Notes: a model not told the origin generated them from the sequence alone. 24,507 bases of DNA from Planctomycetota bacterium (GCA_947501605.1 CANMWZ010000047.1:1-24507), one strand, 5' to 3'; positions 7,968 through 17,349 are shown, counted from the stretch's first letter. A program made the numbers and translations.

Positions 7968-8918
7968 TCAAACACCACCTCCATGCTCCGCACGCGGCCA
8001 GACCGAGGCTGCGGGCGAGGGCGTCGCAACCAGAGAACGGGCGCTGACAATGCGCACACCCTGGTCTGCGAGTGGCGCCAAGCGGCGCCGATGGCCTGCG
8101 GCTTCGTCCGCAGAGGCGGCGGCGACGAACAACGTCGAGCCGCTCCCAGTCATCGCAACTCGGCCGACACCGAGGCCCTCGGCCCGCTCGCGCAGTCGCG
8201 CCAGCTCGGGCCGAACCAACTCTGCAGCAACCGCAAGATCGTTCACGATCTCGCCGCGCACAGCGATGTCGGCAAAGTCATCGAGGTGATCCCTAACGCG
8301 CGGCACTGTAGCTACGTGCAACGGAGCCTGCCAGTGCGCCGCATACATTCTGTAGACCTCTGCAGTCGGACACCCAAAGGCTGGCACGATCAACGTGACG
8401 TAGAGTTGCGGCGCGTGAGCACACGACTGGAGATCGGTGCCGATACCCGTGGCCCATTGCGAACCGCCGAGCAAGAAGAACGGCACATCGGCGCCGAGCG
8501 GGGCGGCGAGGGCATGGAGCGCGGCGTGGTCGAGCGGCGCACCGGCCAACGCATTGCACAAGCGCAGAGCCGCCGCGGCATCACTGCTACCGCCGCCGAG
8601 CCCGCCGCCATGCGGAGTCCGCTTGTGCAGATGAAACGCGAATGCGCCCGAGCTCGGTGCCTGCCGCACAAAGGCTCGAGCGGCGCGGCACACAAGGTTG
8701 TCGTCTTGCACCGGCAGGGCCTCGCGCGGGTCGTCGGCGGTGATGGCGAGCGTCATCGGCCCATCGGTGCGTCGGGCCCACAGGTCGTCGCCGAGATCGA
8801 TCGTGTGGAACACCGTCTCGAGCCCGTGGTAGCCATCGCTGCGGCGGCCCGTGATCCGCAGATGCAGGTTGAGCTTCGCCGGGCAGAACAGCCGCAAAAC
8901 GGGCGCGGCGGCACTCAC
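7968..8918 (-). CDS. ispE: 4-diphosphocytidyl-2-C-methyl-D-erythritol kinase
   Basis: PAKLNLHL, YHGLETVF, DNLVCRAA, GHMP motif PHGGGLGGGSSDAAA, LGADVPFF and MTGSGS. Confidence 0.95.
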   Translation of the reverse strand: MSAAAPVLRLFCPAKLNLHLRITGRRSDGYHGLETVFHTIDLGDDLWARRTDGPMTLAITADDPREALPVQDDNLVCRAARAFVRQAPSSGAFAFHLHKRTPHGGGLGGGSSDAAAALRLCNALAGAPLDHAALHALAAPLGADVPFFLLGGSQWATGIGTDLQSCAHAPQLYVTLIVPAFGCPTAEVYRMYAAHWQAPLHVATVPRVRDHLDDFADIAVRGEIVNDLAVAAELVRPELARLRERAEGLGVGRVAMTGSGSTLFVAAASADEAAGHRRRLAPLADQGVRIVSARSLVATPSPAASVWPRAEHGGGV

Positions 8919-10243
8919 GACTGCGAGGACTCCGAGTTCTCCACCAGTGGCATGTTGTCGAGCAACCGCACCACTCGAGCCGCACCAAATCGCACCGCCG
9001 TGACCAACCGGCCACCCGAGACTGCGCCGGCAGGCTGCGGCAGTAGGTCGCCGTCGCTGCGCAACTCCAGGTAGTCCAGCTGAGCGCGCGGCTCAGCCGC
9101 AATGACCGCGACCGCGGCCCGCACGATCGCGTCTCGGTCGCGTTCGCCGCCGCGAAACGCCTCCTGCGCCGTGCGCAAGGCCAAGGAGATCACACCCGCT
9201 GCGCGACGGTCCGCGGCGTCGAGGTAGACGTTGCGACTCGACATCGCGAGGCCATCCGGCTCTCGGACCGTCGGGCACTCGACCAAGCGCAGTGGGAAGC
9301 CAAGGTCCTTGACCAACCGGCGGATGACCGCGACCTGCTGCGCGTCCTTTTGGCCAAAGTAGGCTCGGTGCGGCCGCGCCAGCGCGAACAACCGCGCGAC
9401 CACGGTGGCAACGCCTTGGAAGTGACCTGGGCGCAGCGCACCCTCCATCGTCTCCGCCTCGCGGCCCACCGCGACGGTGCTGCAGAAACCATCGCCGTAC
9501 ATTTCTCCGGGCGAGGGGGCAAACACCGCATCGACGCCAGCTGCCGCGCAAATGCGCAGGTCGCCTGGGAGATCGCGCGGGTAAGCCGCGAGGTCCTCTT
9601 TGGGGCCGAACTGAAGCGGGTTCACGAAGATCGTCGCGACGATGCGATCACACTCGCGGCGCGCGCGTTCGAACAAGCTCGCGTGTCCTTGGTGCAGCGC
9701 GCCCATCGTCGGCACCAGACCGACGAGGCAACCGCCCTCGAGCCACTCCGAGCACTTGGCCGACAACTCGCTCTGCGCGGTGAGCAGACACGGCCGCTCG
9801 ATCGCACATCGTTCCCGCAGCAGCTCCTCGCTGAGGCCGAGCTCGAGCAGGGGCTCGAGCACGAACACGCGCGCCAGAAGCTCTGGGTGCGGCACGACGA
9901 GATCGCGAGTATCGATGCGCAGATCGCCGTAGAGCAGAAGGTCCAGGTCGAGTGGCCGCGGGTGGTTCTTCTTGGCCGGCAGTGCGCGCCCAGCCGCGGC
10001 CTCGAGGGCCTTGCACACGGCCAGCAGCGCGGCGGCGGACTGAGTCGTCTCGATCTCCACCACGCCGTTCAGGAACGGATCCTGCTTCGGTCCCTCGCCA
10101 ACCAGAGTGCTTTCGCGCAGCGCCGAGGTCCGCAGGACGCGGATGCCCGGCGTCTGGCCTAGACGCTCGATCGCTGTACGCAGGTTGCGTTCGCGGTCAC
10201 CTTCGTTCGATCCGAGTCCGAGATAGGAGAGCACCTTGTGCAT
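8915..10243 (-). CDS. folK-panC: Fusion of N-terminal HPPK (FolK) and C-terminal pantoate--beta-alanine ligase (PanC), 442 aa
   Basis: FolK part: YLGLGSN, QDPFLNGVV, PRPLDLDLLLY, VPHP, RVFVLEPL. PanC part: VPTMGALHQGH, IFVNPLQF, YPR, RPGHFQGV, FGQKDAQQ, REPDGLAMSSRN, RLLDN. One uninterrupted frame. Confidence 0.93.
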   Translation of the reverse strand: MHKVLSYLGLGSNEGDRERNLRTAIERLGQTPGIRVLRTSALRESTLVGEGPKQDPFLNGVVEIETTQSAAALLAVCKALEAAAGRALPAKKNHPRPLDLDLLLYGDLRIDTRDLVVPHPELLARVFVLEPLLELGLSEELLRERCAIERPCLLTAQSELSAKCSEWLEGGCLVGLVPTMGALHQGHASLFERARRECDRIVATIFVNPLQFGPKEDLAAYPRDLPGDLRICAAAGVDAVFAPSPGEMYGDGFCSTVAVGREAETMEGALRPGHFQGVATVVARLFALARPHRAYFGQKDAQQVAVIRRLVKDLGFPLRLVECPTVREPDGLAMSSRNVYLDAADRRAAGVISLALRTAQEAFRGGERDRDAIVRAAVAVIAAEPRAQLDYLELRSDGDLLPQPAGAVSGGRLVTAVRFGAARVVRLLDNMPLVENSESSQS

Positions 10244-10253
10244 CGTCGCGGAC

Positions 10254-11210
10254 TCAGTTGTTGCGCGGGTCCGTGGGCGGTTCGAACGGCTCCGCGTCGT
10301 CGCCGTCCTCGCTGCGCTGGCGCTCGAGCGAGCCACGCGTCAGCAATCGATAGAGGCCGAGGCCGAGCCCCCAGATGGCGTAGCCGCACGTCACGACGAC
10401 CATCGCGAGTTGCCACTCGACCGCGGCGATGCCAATCAACACGACGAGGCCGGCGAGGAACGGAAAGCTGTGACGCTGCTTGACGATCGCGTGCACCGCG
10501 TGTGGGTACGGCACGCGACTGACCATCAGCAGACCGAGGGCCACGATCACCATGGGCATCGCCACGACGATGGCGTCGAAGTGCTGGTCGGCGAACAAGC
10601 TCTCGCCGAGGCGACCCCGCACCTCATCGCGCGTGCAGTACATCGCCACCAGCGAGGCAACTACCGCCGCGGCAGCAGGCGACGGCAACCCGCGGAACTC
10701 ACGGTGATCCTCTTCCTGAGGGCCGCTCTCGACATTGAAGCGCGCAAGCCGCATCGCCGCGCAGAGCACGTAGATGGCAGCGGCGCCGTAGTACAGCTTC
10801 GGATGCCGCGGCAAGATGCTGTTGGCGTCGGTTTGTGCGTGCCAGTCGATCAGGACCTTGGCCAAGAACGCCGGCGCCGTGCCGAACGTGACCATGTCGG
10901 CCATGCTGTCGAGTTGCGCGCCAAACGGCGTCGTCTGGCCCGTCATGCGCGCAATGCGCCCATCGAGCGCATCAAACACCATGGCTACGAAAATGAGGAT
11001 CGCGGCCATCTCGAACAGCGACACCACCGCCGAGAACGGCGAACCTGGCGTCGACAGGCGCAAGGCGTCGGCGACCTTGGCGATGGCGAGGAAGCCGAAG
11101 AAGACGTTGCCGAGGGTCACCAGACTCGGCAACACCGGCACGGTCTTCAAGTCGCGAAGGCGACGGCGGCGGCGCAGCGGCGGGAAATCCTCGAGGCGAG
11201 GGGCAGTCAC
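10254..11210 (-). CDS. pssA: CDP-diacylglycerol--serine O-phosphatidyltransferase (CDP-alcohol phosphotransferase family)
   Basis: LPSLVTLGN, DALDGRIARMTGQTTPFGAQLDSMADMVTFG, RLARFN, FRGLPSPAAA and LMVS, with multiple TM segments. Confidence 0.88.
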   Translation of the reverse strand: MTAPRLEDFPPLRRRRRLRDLKTVPVLPSLVTLGNVFFGFLAIAKVADALRLSTPGSPFSAVVSLFEMAAILIFVAMVFDALDGRIARMTGQTTPFGAQLDSMADMVTFGTAPAFLAKVLIDWHAQTDANSILPRHPKLYYGAAAIYVLCAAMRLARFNVESGPQEEDHREFRGLPSPAAAAVVASLVAMYCTRDEVRGRLGESLFADQHFDAIVVAMPMVIVALGLLMVSRVPYPHAVHAIVKQRHSFPFLAGLVVLIGIAAVEWQLAMVVVTCGYAIWGLGLGLYRLLTRGSLERQRSEDGDDAEPFEPPTDPRNN

Positions 11211-11217
11211 GCGGCAG

Positions 11218-11223
11218 AGAATA
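11218..11223 (-). promoter_or_regulatory. Putative -10 element (TATTCT) 7 nt upstream of the pssA GTG; leaderless-type start
   Basis: The minus strand reads GC-TATTCT-CTGCCGC-GTG, with no SD. Confidence 0.45.
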
Positions 11224-11282
11224 GCGAGCCCGCCCCCGGTCGCACCATGCGGACTCGCAGCACTGCCAGAGTCAGCGCCGCT

Positions 11283-13145
11283 TCAACCGATCCACAGCAC
11301 CGAGGCATCCGTGAGATACGGCGAACCCACTGCGGGAACGACCAGTGCTTGAAACCACACGCTGGCAAAGTGCAGCGCCGGGTCCTCGGGGATCCGCGCC
11401 GCAAAGACCGCGCGGTCGGCATCGACTTCCGGCGCCAAGAACTGCACCACCGCAGCCTGGGTGTCGAGCAGCAGCGTCCCAAGCGGTGGCAACACCGCGG
11501 GCGTCGGCAGCACCGGGCCGTAGCCAAGCAAGGCGACGTCGGTGGCCAGCAATCGCAAATGCAAACGAAACGGGGCGCCGACTACCGCGACGCGACGGAA
11601 ATCCGGAAACTGCGAGAGGCACTCGGGCTCGGGAGTCCCTGAAAGACCGAGGACGGAGTGCGCGGTCACGAGACTCGCAGACTCGCTGTTGGCACGAAAC
11701 GCCACCACCGTTTCCTGCAGCGTCGTACGCGCAACCGCACCGCCCTGGCACGAAAACCCGATCACGTCATTGCCGTCGATGGCAAACGCATTGGTCCGCC
11801 AGATCTGCACATTGCAAGCACCGCTACCCGTGCGCGGCACCGAGAGCCAACGATCGCGGCGGCCGTCGAAGCAGTGCAGGTTTGCCGCGTCCCAGGCCAG
11901 CATCGGCGAACTGCTGTCGTTGCACTCCAACGCGACGCCAGCCGAAAACAGCGCCACGAAGGCGCCCGTTCGCGACGAAAAGGCGTAGGCGCCCGTTGGC
12001 GTCGCCAGCAACGCGCCGGTCGTTGCAATGCGTGGCAGACCCGGGTTGGCATCGACCGGCGCTGCGTGCCAGGATCCCGTCAGGGCCGAGAACAGGTGGG
12101 CGCGCCCAGTGCCCCGCTCGTGCACGGCGAGAATCGAGCCGGCCACCGATTCGCCGACGGAGTCCAACGCCAGCGGGACCCACTGGGAACGAGGCGACGA
12201 GTACGCCAGCAACTGCGGACCATCGACGATCAAGGCGGCGGCCGTCGTCACGCGAAGGCTGGCAGTTGCGGCAAGGGGCGCCACGCTCCAAGTGCCAGTG
12301 AACGCCGAGAACGCATGCACCAGACCCGGCGCGGTCAGGATCGCCAGCAGATCGTCTCCTGTCCGTGCGGACAGCGCGCCGGTCGTGGTGCTGGAGAACG
12401 AGTTCGTGAGGCCGCTGTAGCCGAGCGCCACGACGCCGTCGTGCAGCACGGCCCAGTCATCGTTGCGGAACATCGTCCAGCTCGCGTTTGCTACTGCCGG
12501 AGCAGTCGCCCACGCCGACTGCAGCGCGGAGAAGCCGTACGCGGTGTTCGCACTGGTCGCGAGCCCACAAACGCCATCGACCGACAGACGCGTCACCGGT
12601 CCGTCGGCCTGCAGGTCATGCCACTGGCCCGTGAACGCGTCGAAACCGCTGCACTGCGCGCCATCGGCGAGAACTGCCACGTGCCGCTGCGCGGTCACGT
12701 TGGTCGTGGCCGTGATCGCCCGCGTCACCCACCGGCCGGTGAAGCCGGAGAAGGTGTGCAGCGAGGTCCCGTCGCGCACCAACAGCACGGAGTCGTTGGC
12801 CTGCGCGAGCGGATTCACGAGTTGCGCAGTCTGGGACACCGGGAGTGGCGCGAAACGACCGCGCGAGGCGCTGAACGCGGTCCAACTCGCAGCGTCGCGA
12901 ACGAGCACGATGTCGTTGGTCGCGTGCATCGTTGCCGAGGGACCGACCGGCATGCTCGTCCAGTTCCGCAGGCTCGCCGAGAAGACGAACAGGGTCCCGT
13001 TGTCGACCAGGTGCACGAGCTTGCCTAGGCTGTTGACACCGGCAGGCACGCCAGCGGGGAAATCGAGCTTGGCAAACGCCGAGGGCTGCTGGGCCGTCAG
13101 GTTCACGGCAAGTCCAACACAGACAACGGCGGCGACCTTGAGCAT
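11283..13145 (-). CDS. Exported protein with about 13 beta-rich repeats of 35-41 aa (probable beta-propeller) and a C-terminal beta domain
   Basis: Signal peptide MLKVAAVVCVGLAVNLTAQ. Repeats follow hhh-x-D-G-x3-[AG]-[FY]-[SD]-[AGS]-x-T-G-x-W. The C-terminus is IPEDPALHFASVWFQALVV...LTDASVLWIG. Confidence 0.85.
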   Translation of the reverse strand: MLKVAAVVCVGLAVNLTAQQPSAFAKLDFPAGVPAGVNSLGKLVHLVDNGTLFVFSASLRNWTSMPVGPSATMHATNDIVLVRDAASWTAFSASRGRFAPLPVSQTAQLVNPLAQANDSVLLVRDGTSLHTFSGFTGRWVTRAITATTNVTAQRHVAVLADGAQCSGFDAFTGQWHDLQADGPVTRLSVDGVCGLATSANTAYGFSALQSAWATAPAVANASWTMFRNDDWAVLHDGVVALGYSGLTNSFSSTTTGALSARTGDDLLAILTAPGLVHAFSAFTGTWSVAPLAATASLRVTTAAALIVDGPQLLAYSSPRSQWVPLALDSVGESVAGSILAVHERGTGRAHLFSALTGSWHAAPVDANPGLPRIATTGALLATPTGAYAFSSRTGAFVALFSAGVALECNDSSSPMLAWDAANLHCFDGRRDRWLSVPRTGSGACNVQIWRTNAFAIDGNDVIGFSCQGGAVARTTLQETVVAFRANSESASLVTAHSVLGLSGTPEPECLSQFPDFRRVAVVGAPFRLHLRLLATDVALLGYGPVLPTPAVLPPLGTLLLDTQAAVVQFLAPEVDADRAVFAARIPEDPALHFASVWFQALVVPAVGSPYLTDASVLWIG

Positions 13146-13157
13146 GCGCGGCGGAGT

Positions 13158-14417
13158 CTACCGCGAGCGCTCCGTCGCCGCAGCCGCTGACAACTTGGGT
13201 ACAGCGACGCGCGGCAAGAAGGGCACCATGAGCGCCGACAGCCCCGCACACGCAGCGCCGACCCACAGCGCCGGCTGCATCGAGCCAAACCACTCCGAGA
13301 GCGCGTGGCTGCCTGGTTTGGCAAACAACTGCGCCCCCCTACTGGTGCTGTAGAGAAACGCCGCCGCCGTGGCGCGCAGGTGCGGCGGATAGTGCATGCC
13401 AAACCATGCGCCGAAACACGACCACGTTCCGGCCGACAGCCCAGTGGCGAAAGCAGCCGCCGTGAACCAGACCAGGTCCTGCGCGAGCACGTTCCACGAC
13501 AGCGCCATCAGCAATTGGGTCACCACCGCAAAGACGCAGAACGCAACGAACACACGGCCGCGGCCAAACTTCGACGCCAACACACCGAAAGCGACGTCGG
13601 CCAGCAGGTGCGCCGAGTTGACGACCAGCTGGAAGGCGCCTGCATCACCCGGAGTGGCGCGAAGATCGCGCATCAGAGCTGCGGGCAACTCGGCATAGAC
13701 GCACCAGAAGCCGGTCATGTGCAACAGCAGGATGACGAACAGAACGCAACTCGCGCGACGATGCGGCCGCGCCGTCAGTCCACCCGCCGTCGCCAGCTCG
13801 GTCGCGACGCTCGGCGGTCGGTCCAATCCCGGCATCGCGCGCCTCGCCAAGAACACCAACAACGCCGGCAGCGCCGACAGTGCGAACACGATTCGCCAGC
13901 CAACGACCGGCGCGAGAAACAGGCCCGTGCACGCCGCCAACGCCATCGCCAGCGGACTACCGGCTTGCAGCAAGCCGTGCGCACGATCGCGATCGCGCCC
14001 GTCGAAGGTCTCGGCGATGACCGCGTGGCCAATCCCCCATTCGCCGCCGACGCCGAGTCCGGCGCAGGCGCGGGCAACCAGCAAGGTCCATGGCCCCGAG
14101 GCGCACGCCGTCAGCAGCGCCCCGAGCGAGTAGACCAGAATGCTGGTGCTCATCGCGCGCCGCCGTCCGTGACGATCCGCGAACCGACCGAAGGCGTAGC
14201 CGCCGACAGCGGAGGCAAAGAGGCCGGCACCTTCGATCCACGCCAACGCCCCACCTTCGATCTGCAGTTCTGCAGCAATCACGCGCTTGCTAAAGCTGAA
14301 CAGGATCAGGTCATGGAAGTCGAAGACCCAACCGAGCCAGCAGAACCACAGCACGCGACCGCGCGCGCCCGAGAGCAAGCCAGCAAGCGAGGCGAGGAGT
14401 GCGGGACGAGATGGCAC
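13158..14417 (-). CDS. Major facilitator superfamily transporter (carboxylate/aromatic-acid symporter-like)
   Basis: WLGWVFDFHDL, motif A GRFADRHGRR, GLGVGGEW and HYPPHLRATA, with about 12 hydrophobic segments. The GTG start at 14417 is an estimate. Confidence 0.9.
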   Translation of the reverse strand: MPSRPALLASLAGLLSGARGRVLWFCWLGWVFDFHDLILFSFSKRVIAAELQIEGGALAWIEGAGLFASAVGGYAFGRFADRHGRRRAMSTSILVYSLGALLTACASGPWTLLVARACAGLGVGGEWGIGHAVIAETFDGRDRDRAHGLLQAGSPLAMALAACTGLFLAPVVGWRIVFALSALPALLVFLARRAMPGLDRPPSVATELATAGGLTARPHRRASCVLFVILLLHMTGFWCVYAELPAALMRDLRATPGDAGAFQLVVNSAHLLADVAFGVLASKFGRGRVFVAFCVFAVVTQLLMALSWNVLAQDLVWFTAAAFATGLSAGTWSCFGAWFGMHYPPHLRATAAAFLYSTSRGAQLFAKPGSHALSEWFGSMQPALWVGAACAGLSALMVPFLPRVAVPKLSAAAATERSR

Positions 14418-14628
14418 GAGCGGCCATTCCAGCCGACAGGCTGCAACGGGCAACAACTTCCTGCTCGGGATCGAACACGCCCAACGTGCCTTGGCATCGC
14501 CGGCACCACTGCGCTGCGCCCACCAGCGCCGGTTCGCCCTTCCCCGCACCGGTTGACAGATCCTCGAGCCAAGCTCTGATGTCGTCCCTTATCGATCCCA
14601 CTGCCGTCCTGTTGTGGACCGCCCCTCT

Positions 14629-14904
14629 ATGGTCTTGTTTTCCGCTCGTGCCCGCTCGTCGCCAGAACTAGCCCCTCGTCGCAGCCGCGCCCTCTGGTTC
14701 GTCGCTTCGCCACTGGCCTTCCTCTTGGCCTCCCAACACGTCGCCGCCGACCTAGCAGAGGATGCGGCGCCCGAGAGCGCCGCGGGCTCTTCCTGGACCG
14801 GCCCTGACCGGAGCGAGTCCACGCCGCTGCGCCCGCTCTCGCCCAAGGAGCGCGACTACCGCGCCATGCTGCCACCCGCCACCGTCAGGGCGACGGACCA
14901 CTAG
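14629..14904 (+). CDS. Small hypothetical protein, possibly exported (91 aa)
   Basis: Fills otherwise empty space, has GC-rich third codon positions, and has a basic-then-hydrophobic segment RRSRALWFVASPLAFLLASQHVAA. TTGACA lies upstream at 14553-14558. No homologue recognised. Confidence 0.4.
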   Translation: MVLFSARARSSPELAPRRSRALWFVASPLAFLLASQHVAADLAEDAAPESAAGSSWTGPDRSESTPLRPLSPKERDYRAMLPPATVRATDH

Positions 14905-15116
14905 ACTCGAAGGCCGCATCGGCACGCGCCTGTCGATTGGCCCGACGCCGCCGCTTCTGTTGGCTGCCGTCCCGTGTCGCGCTTGCTGCGCCTCTAGCCA
15001 CGACGCCCCGACAAGGTCTTGGGCCTTTAGGAAACGCGGCAACGAAGCACCCAGGCGGCAGCGTCGCCGACAGCAAGTGCGAACGGCCCGTCACGCCACT
15101 AGCATCCGGGCCCTGA

Positions 15117-16334
15117 ATGTCCGCCCTGCGCCGCCACCAGACCATCCCCGTCCGCATCGGCACTGCCACTGTCGGCGGCACCGCGCCGATAATCGTGCAG
15201 TCGATGACCAACACCGACACTGCCGACGTTGTCGCAACCGCGACGCAGGTCGCCGAGCTGTACCGCGCCGGCAGCGAGATGGTGCGCATCACGGTCAACT
15301 CGCAAGAAGCCGCGGAGCAAGTCGCGGAGCTACGGCGGCGGCTCGATGGCGAAGGTCTCGCAGTACCGTTGATCGGGGACTTCCACTACAACGGCCACGT
15401 TCTGCTGCGCAAGTTCCCAGACTGCGCCGCGGCGCTCGACAAGTACCGCATCAACCCCGGCAACGTCGGGAAGGGTGCGTCGCACGACAAGAACTTCGCG
15501 ACCATGATCGAGGTCGCCCGCGAGTTCGACAAAGCAGTGCGCATCGGCGTCAATGCCGGTTCGCTCGACCAAGAACTGCTCAACGACTTGATGGAGCACA
15601 ACGCCCGCGCTTTGGCACCGCAGAGCGCGCAGGACGTGTTCCTCGAGGCCATGGTCCAGAGTGCCCTGCGCTCGGCCCACGCGGCCGAAGAACTCGGGCT
15701 CCGAAAGGAGCGCATCGTGCTGTCGTGCAAGATCAGCAAGGTGCAGGAGCTAGTGAAGGTCTATCGCCTGCTCGCTGCTCGCTGCGACTACGCGCTGCAC
15801 CTCGGTCTCACCGAGGCCGGCATGGGCATGAAGGGCATCGTCGCGTCGGCCGCAGGGCTATCGATCCTGCTGCAGGAAGGGATTGGCGACACGATCCGCG
15901 TGTCGTTGACGCCAGAACCAGGTGGTTCGCGCGCGCAGGAAGTCCGGGTCGCGCAGCAGGTACTGCAGACGCTCGATATCCGGCCATTCCTGCCGCAAGT
16001 GACGGCCTGCCCCGGTTGCGGACGCACCACTTCGAGCTACTTCCAGCATCTGAGCCAGCAGGTCGAGAAGTTCCTGCACGCCCGCATGCCGGAGTGGAAG
16101 AAGACGAAGCCGCGCGCCGCCGAGTTGCAGATTGCGGTCATGGGTTGCGTCGTGAACGGCCCCGGCGAAAGCAAGGCCGCGCACCTCGGCATCTCGCTAC
16201 CGGGCACTGGCGAAGCCCCGCGCGCGCCGGTGTATCGGGACGGCCAACACGTCACCACGTTGGAAGGACCGAACCTCGCACAGGACTTCCTCGTGATGAT
16301 CGAGGACTACGTCGCCAAGATGCCAGCGCAGTGA
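15117..16334 (+). CDS. ispG: (E)-4-hydroxy-3-methylbut-2-enyl-diphosphate synthase
   Basis: [46 protein letters not shown] and [12 protein letters not shown]. Fe-S ligands in CPGCGRT and [10 protein letters not shown]. Confidence 0.97.
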   Translation: MSALRRHQTIPVRIGTATVGGTAPIIVQSMTNTDTADVVATATQVAELYRAGSEMVRITVNSQEAAEQVAELRRRLDGEGLAVPLIGDFHYNGHVLLRKFPDCAAALDKYRINPGNVGKGASHDKNFATMIEVAREFDKAVRIGVNAGSLDQELLNDLMEHNARALAPQSAQDVFLEAMVQSALRSAHAAEELGLRKERIVLSCKISKVQELVKVYRLLAARCDYALHLGLTEAGMGMKGIVASAAGLSILLQEGIGDTIRVSLTPEPGGSRAQEVRVAQQVLQTLDIRPFLPQVTACPGCGRTTSSYFQHLSQQVEKFLHARMPEWKKTKPRAAELQIAVMGCVVNGPGESKAAHLGISLPGTGEAPRAPVYRDGQHVTTLEGPNLAQDFLVMIEDYVAKMPAQ

Positions 16335-16755
16335 CCGTCTGATGGCACGAGGATCAGGAGAGCGTGCCGACGAGGCCCCTCACGGCTCCCATCGGGCAAG
16401 TCCGTCAGGCAACGGTACGCCGCCCGAGGGCCGCGCGTCCGACCCGAGTCCGCGGTAGACGAAGGCGATCGTTGCAGCAGCTACAGGCATCGCCGCGGGC
16501 GTGACCTGCACAGCGTCAACCTGCAGGCGGCGGCCCTCGAGATGCGCCACGCCTGACCGCGTGGGTCTGTGGCGGGCACAGACCTTCCCGGCCGTACTTG
16601 CACCAGGATCGGAGGACACCTGTCCATCTCGGCGGCGGGCGCGCCTGCTACGTCGCGCCCACGAACCAGCAGCAAGCGCGCGATGCGCAAGGCACGAGCT
16701 TGCCGCGTTCGCGCGGCATCGCTTCCTGATCGCGGCGGCTATGCTCACCCTCGAC

Positions 16756-17349
16756 ATGCAATCGAAAGCAAAGAGCGTCACCGACTACCTGAAGGCCCTT
16801 CCCGACGATCGCCGCGCAGCGCTCAACGCCGTGCGCGAAGTCGTCAATGCCAACGTCGACGCGAACGTCGAGGAGGGCATGAGCTACGGCATGATCGGCT
16901 GGTACATCCCCCACCGCATCTACCCGCAGGGCTACCACTGCGACCCGAAGCAGCCCTTGCCGTATGCCGGACTCGCGAGTCAAAAGAACTACATCTCGCT
17001 CTACCTGATGTGGACCTACGGGGACTCGGAGGCAGAAACATGGCTGCGCGAGCAGTGGCAGAAGGCAGGCCTGAAGCTCGACATGGGCAAGTGCTGCATT
17101 CGCTTCAAGTCGATCGACGACGTCCCGCTCGACATCGTCGCGAAGGCCGTGCAGCGCATGCCGGCGAAGAAGTTCCTGGCCTACTACGAGTCGATGCTCG
17201 ACTCGCGCACCGGCAAGCCGAAGTCGCAACGCGAGAGCGTGGCCATCGCGAAGCCGAAGGCGAAGACCAAGCCGAAGGCAGTGGCAAAGCCGAAGGCGGC
17301 GGCGGCGAAGAGTGGAGGCACGAAGAAGCCCGCGGCCAAGAAGGCCTAG
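16756..17349 (+). CDS. DUF1801 (YdhG-like) domain protein with a Lys/Ala-rich C-terminal tail
   Basis: SVTDYLKALPDDRR, EGMSYGMIGW.IP..IYP.GYHCDP..PLP, LASQKNYISLY and DMGKCCIRFK, followed by the tail KPKAKTKPKAVAKPKAAAAKSGGTKKPAAKKA. Confidence 0.88.
   Translation: MQSKAKSVTDYLKALPDDRRAALNAVREVVNANVDANVEEGMSYGMIGWYIPHRIYPQGYHCDPKQPLPYAGLASQKNYISLYLMWTYGDSEAETWLREQWQKAGLKLDMGKCCIRFKSIDDVPLDIVAKAVQRMPAKKFLAYYESMLDSRTGKPKSQRESVAIAKPKAKTKPKAVAKPKAAAAKSGGTKKPAAKKA

Noticed and set aside
10236..14579. Plus-strand ORFs of 468, 456 and 424 aa
   Set aside because: Antisense shadows of pssA, the repeat protein and the MFS gene.
14762..16342. 526-aa same-strand alternative frame overlapping ispG
   Set aside because: Arg/Pro-rich off-frame translation with no motifs; the ispG frame explains the region.
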